Source: Camelus dromedarius
Taxonomy: Eukaryota
DNA: 64,000 nt
Assembly (NCBI RefSeq): GCF_036321535.1
Contig: NC_087456.1
Coordinates: 10,044,001 to 10,108,000 of the forward strand
Reading direction: 5' to 3'
Positions 61,201 to 64,000 of the stretch are shown here, one piece after another. The stretch's first letter is position 1. Every line of letters begins with the position of its first letter. The position numbers and the translations under genes were made by a program. The notes under the pieces were generated by a model. It searched no databases. It worked only from the letters and a program-made list of their open reading frames with translations, and was not told the DNA's origin.

Positions 61201-62697
61201 CCTCAGACACAGCGAGACCCGTGAGAGTTGTACCTGCCTTTTTTTTTTCCTCTAGCTTTTCTTAGTATTAACACGGGGTGAGGCACAGAGATGTTCACAG
61301 ACTGAGGGACTGTTTTGCCTTTACTTCTCTCCCTCTCTCCCTCTCTCTCTCGTTTAATATAGCTCTGCTGAGTAGCTCATGCTAACTTCCTTTCAGCCTC
61401 TTATATTGATTTTTAGGAAATCCACAAAGTCCCCAGATAAGAGAGAATACACAGGAAGACAAACATCAGACACAAAATAGCTAAAGGACATTTGCTTTTA
61501 GAATAGTCTAGGGTGGCTTCATTTAGCCAGATAAATGTTTTCACTTTAATGGGAAGCAAAGACTCTAGCTGCACACAGACACCCAAATCCTCGAATAATC
61601 ACAGCTTCACCTCCGCAAAGCCCAAGGCCAAGTGAGAACCCAGCAGCAACTCCCAGCTGCGAGGAGATGTGATCTGGGGATGACTGGGCTTCAGCCACTA
61701 CTCACGCTCCATGGGAGTTAGTGACCCTCGGCCGTGAGGCATCCCACCCTAGCAGCCCATTTCTGGGACAGCAAGTATGTGGGCTCCCATCTGCGCCCCA
61801 CTGAGCCATCCCCACAGTGGGCATTTCCTGCAGCTGCCTGCATTTTCCTAACATTCTCTGAGCTTCTGAGAAGCAGCAGCAATTCACCATGCCCGGAGAT
61901 CAGCCAGTGAGTAAAGGGCTTCACGGCCGCAGCTGCTCCCTGCCACCCATTAAAAATGGAAGCACAAAAATCAGATCAGTTAAGGGTTTACTTAGCGTTG
62001 GCCTGGACAACAAGCCTCTTTGCTAGGCAGTATGTGGGAGGGAAGCAAGGCACTGGCTCCGGGAGCATCTCTGACTTTCATTAAAAAAAAAAAAAGGAAG
62101 AAAGAAAAGGGATGCTAATGTTCTGCATTCTTTTTTTTTTTTTTTTTAAATATAATGGACCTGAAAGTTTCTGAAAGCTGGCTCTTGTCAGCTTTGTGAT
62201 CTCTTACCTTTCCCCCTCCAAGCCTCTAGATAGTTCAAGCCAGCTCCCTCTTCTGCCCCAAGCCCTTTCCTGCTCCTCCCTGCTCCACAGCAGGGCACAG
62301 GCTTCCAACCTGACGGGGCTGGAGGAACACTTGGGAAGACTTTAATAGGCATCTCCAGACCTCAGTGCAAAGCCACTGAATCAGAACTTGTGGGAAGGAG
62401 GTGATGTGACGGGGGAGGGGCAGAGAGCCAGAGGTGGGGGGCGGTTTCAGGAACTTGCTTTTTGTTTTGCATGTTTGCTTTGGTTTCTTAATGGTTTTAA
62501 TACAGCAGATCAAAAACAGCCAGAGTCTGGAAATGAATGCTATAGAAGAAACTTCTGCCTTAGGGTGAGCAACTGAATTAGGTGACCTTTAAAGTTCCTT
62601 TCTATGGCAATGATTTTTGGTGGTTGGGGCGTGATAACCAAAGTCCATAAGATGCAGAGTGAGGAGTGAGCAAACAGGGTTTGGATCTTGGTCCCAC

Positions 62698-63332
62698 TGA
62701 GTCAGGAAAAGGCAGGGCACAGCCATTCATGGAATAACACAGCAATTAACACCAGAATGGCGAAAGATTCAACCCCCTCCCCCGCAGGCCTTGAGGCTCA
62801 TGATGGGGGAAGATTTGATTTCCTTGAGCTTCATTATATGCTTACTGTAACACATTAGCATGGTGAATAACATGCCCACAGGCGCCATGGCAGTCCCAAG
62901 GCTGACCACAATAGGTCAAAGGGTGGGAAATGGCCAACTTCCTGGGACTGCCAGCCCCTACCCCACGCTGGTTAGACTGGAGCTTCCACTCATTAGCATA
63001 TGAAGCTACTGAGCCCATAAAAACTGGCAACACGGCACCTCCTCGTGGCCGCTGCCCCCTCTCTCTCCCTCTTCGGAGACAGCCTGCACTCTGTCTATGG
63101 AGTAAGTACCTACTTTTACTCTAATCTGACCACCCAATCCCCACACCTCATGGCCTTTCTCTTGCCTTTTGATGTATCTCTAAATAAACCTACCTTTACT
63201 CAACAGTTGCTCACTCTTGAATTATTTCCTGTGCGAAGCCAAGGACCCACACTTGGCAGGGCATGTCCCTGGGGCTCAACTGAAGCCTGGGACATTCCCT
63301 TCTCACGCCCCACATCCGTTTTTCCTGCATCA
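62698..63332 (+). mobile_element. MER41-like ERV1 solo LTR, same subfamily as 27562-28197
   Basis: TG...CA termini; TSD CCAC/CCAT; shared 'ggcagggcacagcca...gagcttcattat...aataaa...gaagccaaggacccacacttgg...cctgcatca'. Confidence 0.88.
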
Positions 63333-63354
63333 CCATTACTTACCTCTCTAATCC

Positions 63355-63480
63355 CCTACTTTCCCATCTGCAAAATGGGAGCAGTGGCTGTACTGACCTT
63401 ACATCATCTTTGTAAGATTTAACTTAACATTGTGTATAGAGAGGGTCTAAAACAGAGTCAATACTCAGTACACATTAGTT
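63355..63480 (+). mobile_element. MIR fragment
   Basis: 'tttcccatctgcaaaatgggagcagtggctgtactgaccttac'. Confidence 0.6.
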
Positions 63481-64000
63481 CTTATCAGTGACTTCAAACT
63501 AATTAAAAAGTCACTTAGATTCTTCATGAAAAAATTTTAATTTAAGCAACTGCTATATCTATTCATCATTGTCGTCTACCTCCAATGGTGACCCAGACTC
63601 TTCCTCGGGAGCTCAGATGAGCTGCTCATGCTGGGTCCACCGCAAAGGGCGAGAAGGCACTGCCATGGCGGGCGGCCCAGAGCATCCCCAAGTCAAACAT
63701 TTGCCTGGGTAAACTGAGATGTTACTGAAGGTGTTTCCCGTGTCTCCCAAAGCTCCAGATGCTCCAAAGGCAGAACTGTAATTCAGCAAACTCTCCTGGA
63801 GCGAGGAGTTAAGGGAGGGAGGATTTTATAGTCTGCTTGCAGCCTCCTGGGCAGCCTCCCTGTCCCCTGCCCCCGCCCCTTCAGTCCTTTGTATGTTTAC
63901 TAGTCAGAGCCCAGAAAGGAATAGTGGAAGCAATCTGGTAGTATGATTATAATTGTTTATGCTCCTTAATATTATCATCATCATCCGGATCATTTCTGTT

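Noticed and set aside
62070-62150. A12 ... T18 inverted runs as a terminator or retro-insert
   Set aside because: No element body or TSD; simple homopolymer runs
1-64000. CRISPR arrays, prokaryotic operons, intact ERV or L1 ORFs
   Set aside because: Eukaryotic repeat-laden DNA with no regularly spaced direct repeats; all TE coding remnants are disrupted and all LTRs are solo

Overview
Mammalian genomic DNA, most likely from a camelid (alpaca/llama/camel). This is inferred from four tRNA-Ala(AGC)-derived SINE copies and cetartiodactyl-type L1 3' ends. I recognise no protein-coding gene, rRNA, bona fide tRNA or CRISPR array. The window is repeat-rich: young L1 3' ends with target-site duplications (TSDs; two are 5'-inverted), old L1M/L2/MIR relics, three L1 5'UTRs without their own ORFs, a Tigger1 derivative in a three-layer nest, MaLR/ERVL LTRs, and eight ERV1-type solo LTRs. 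Four of those LTRs are MER41-like, and one keeps a canonical GAS motif. Three N-runs appear to be assembly gaps. The best unexplained signals are: (i) a minus-strand TATA + Kozak ATG + signal-peptide-like ORF + GTAAGG donor at ~39.8-40.2 kb; (ii) a 121-bp polyadenylated non-repeat insert with a TSD at 59.8 kb; (iii) chains of well-formed candidate exons on both strands around the CpG-enriched, gapped 4-8.6 kb region. All gene-level calls are hypotheses. Repeat family names are from memory of consensus sequences and were not confirmed by any search.
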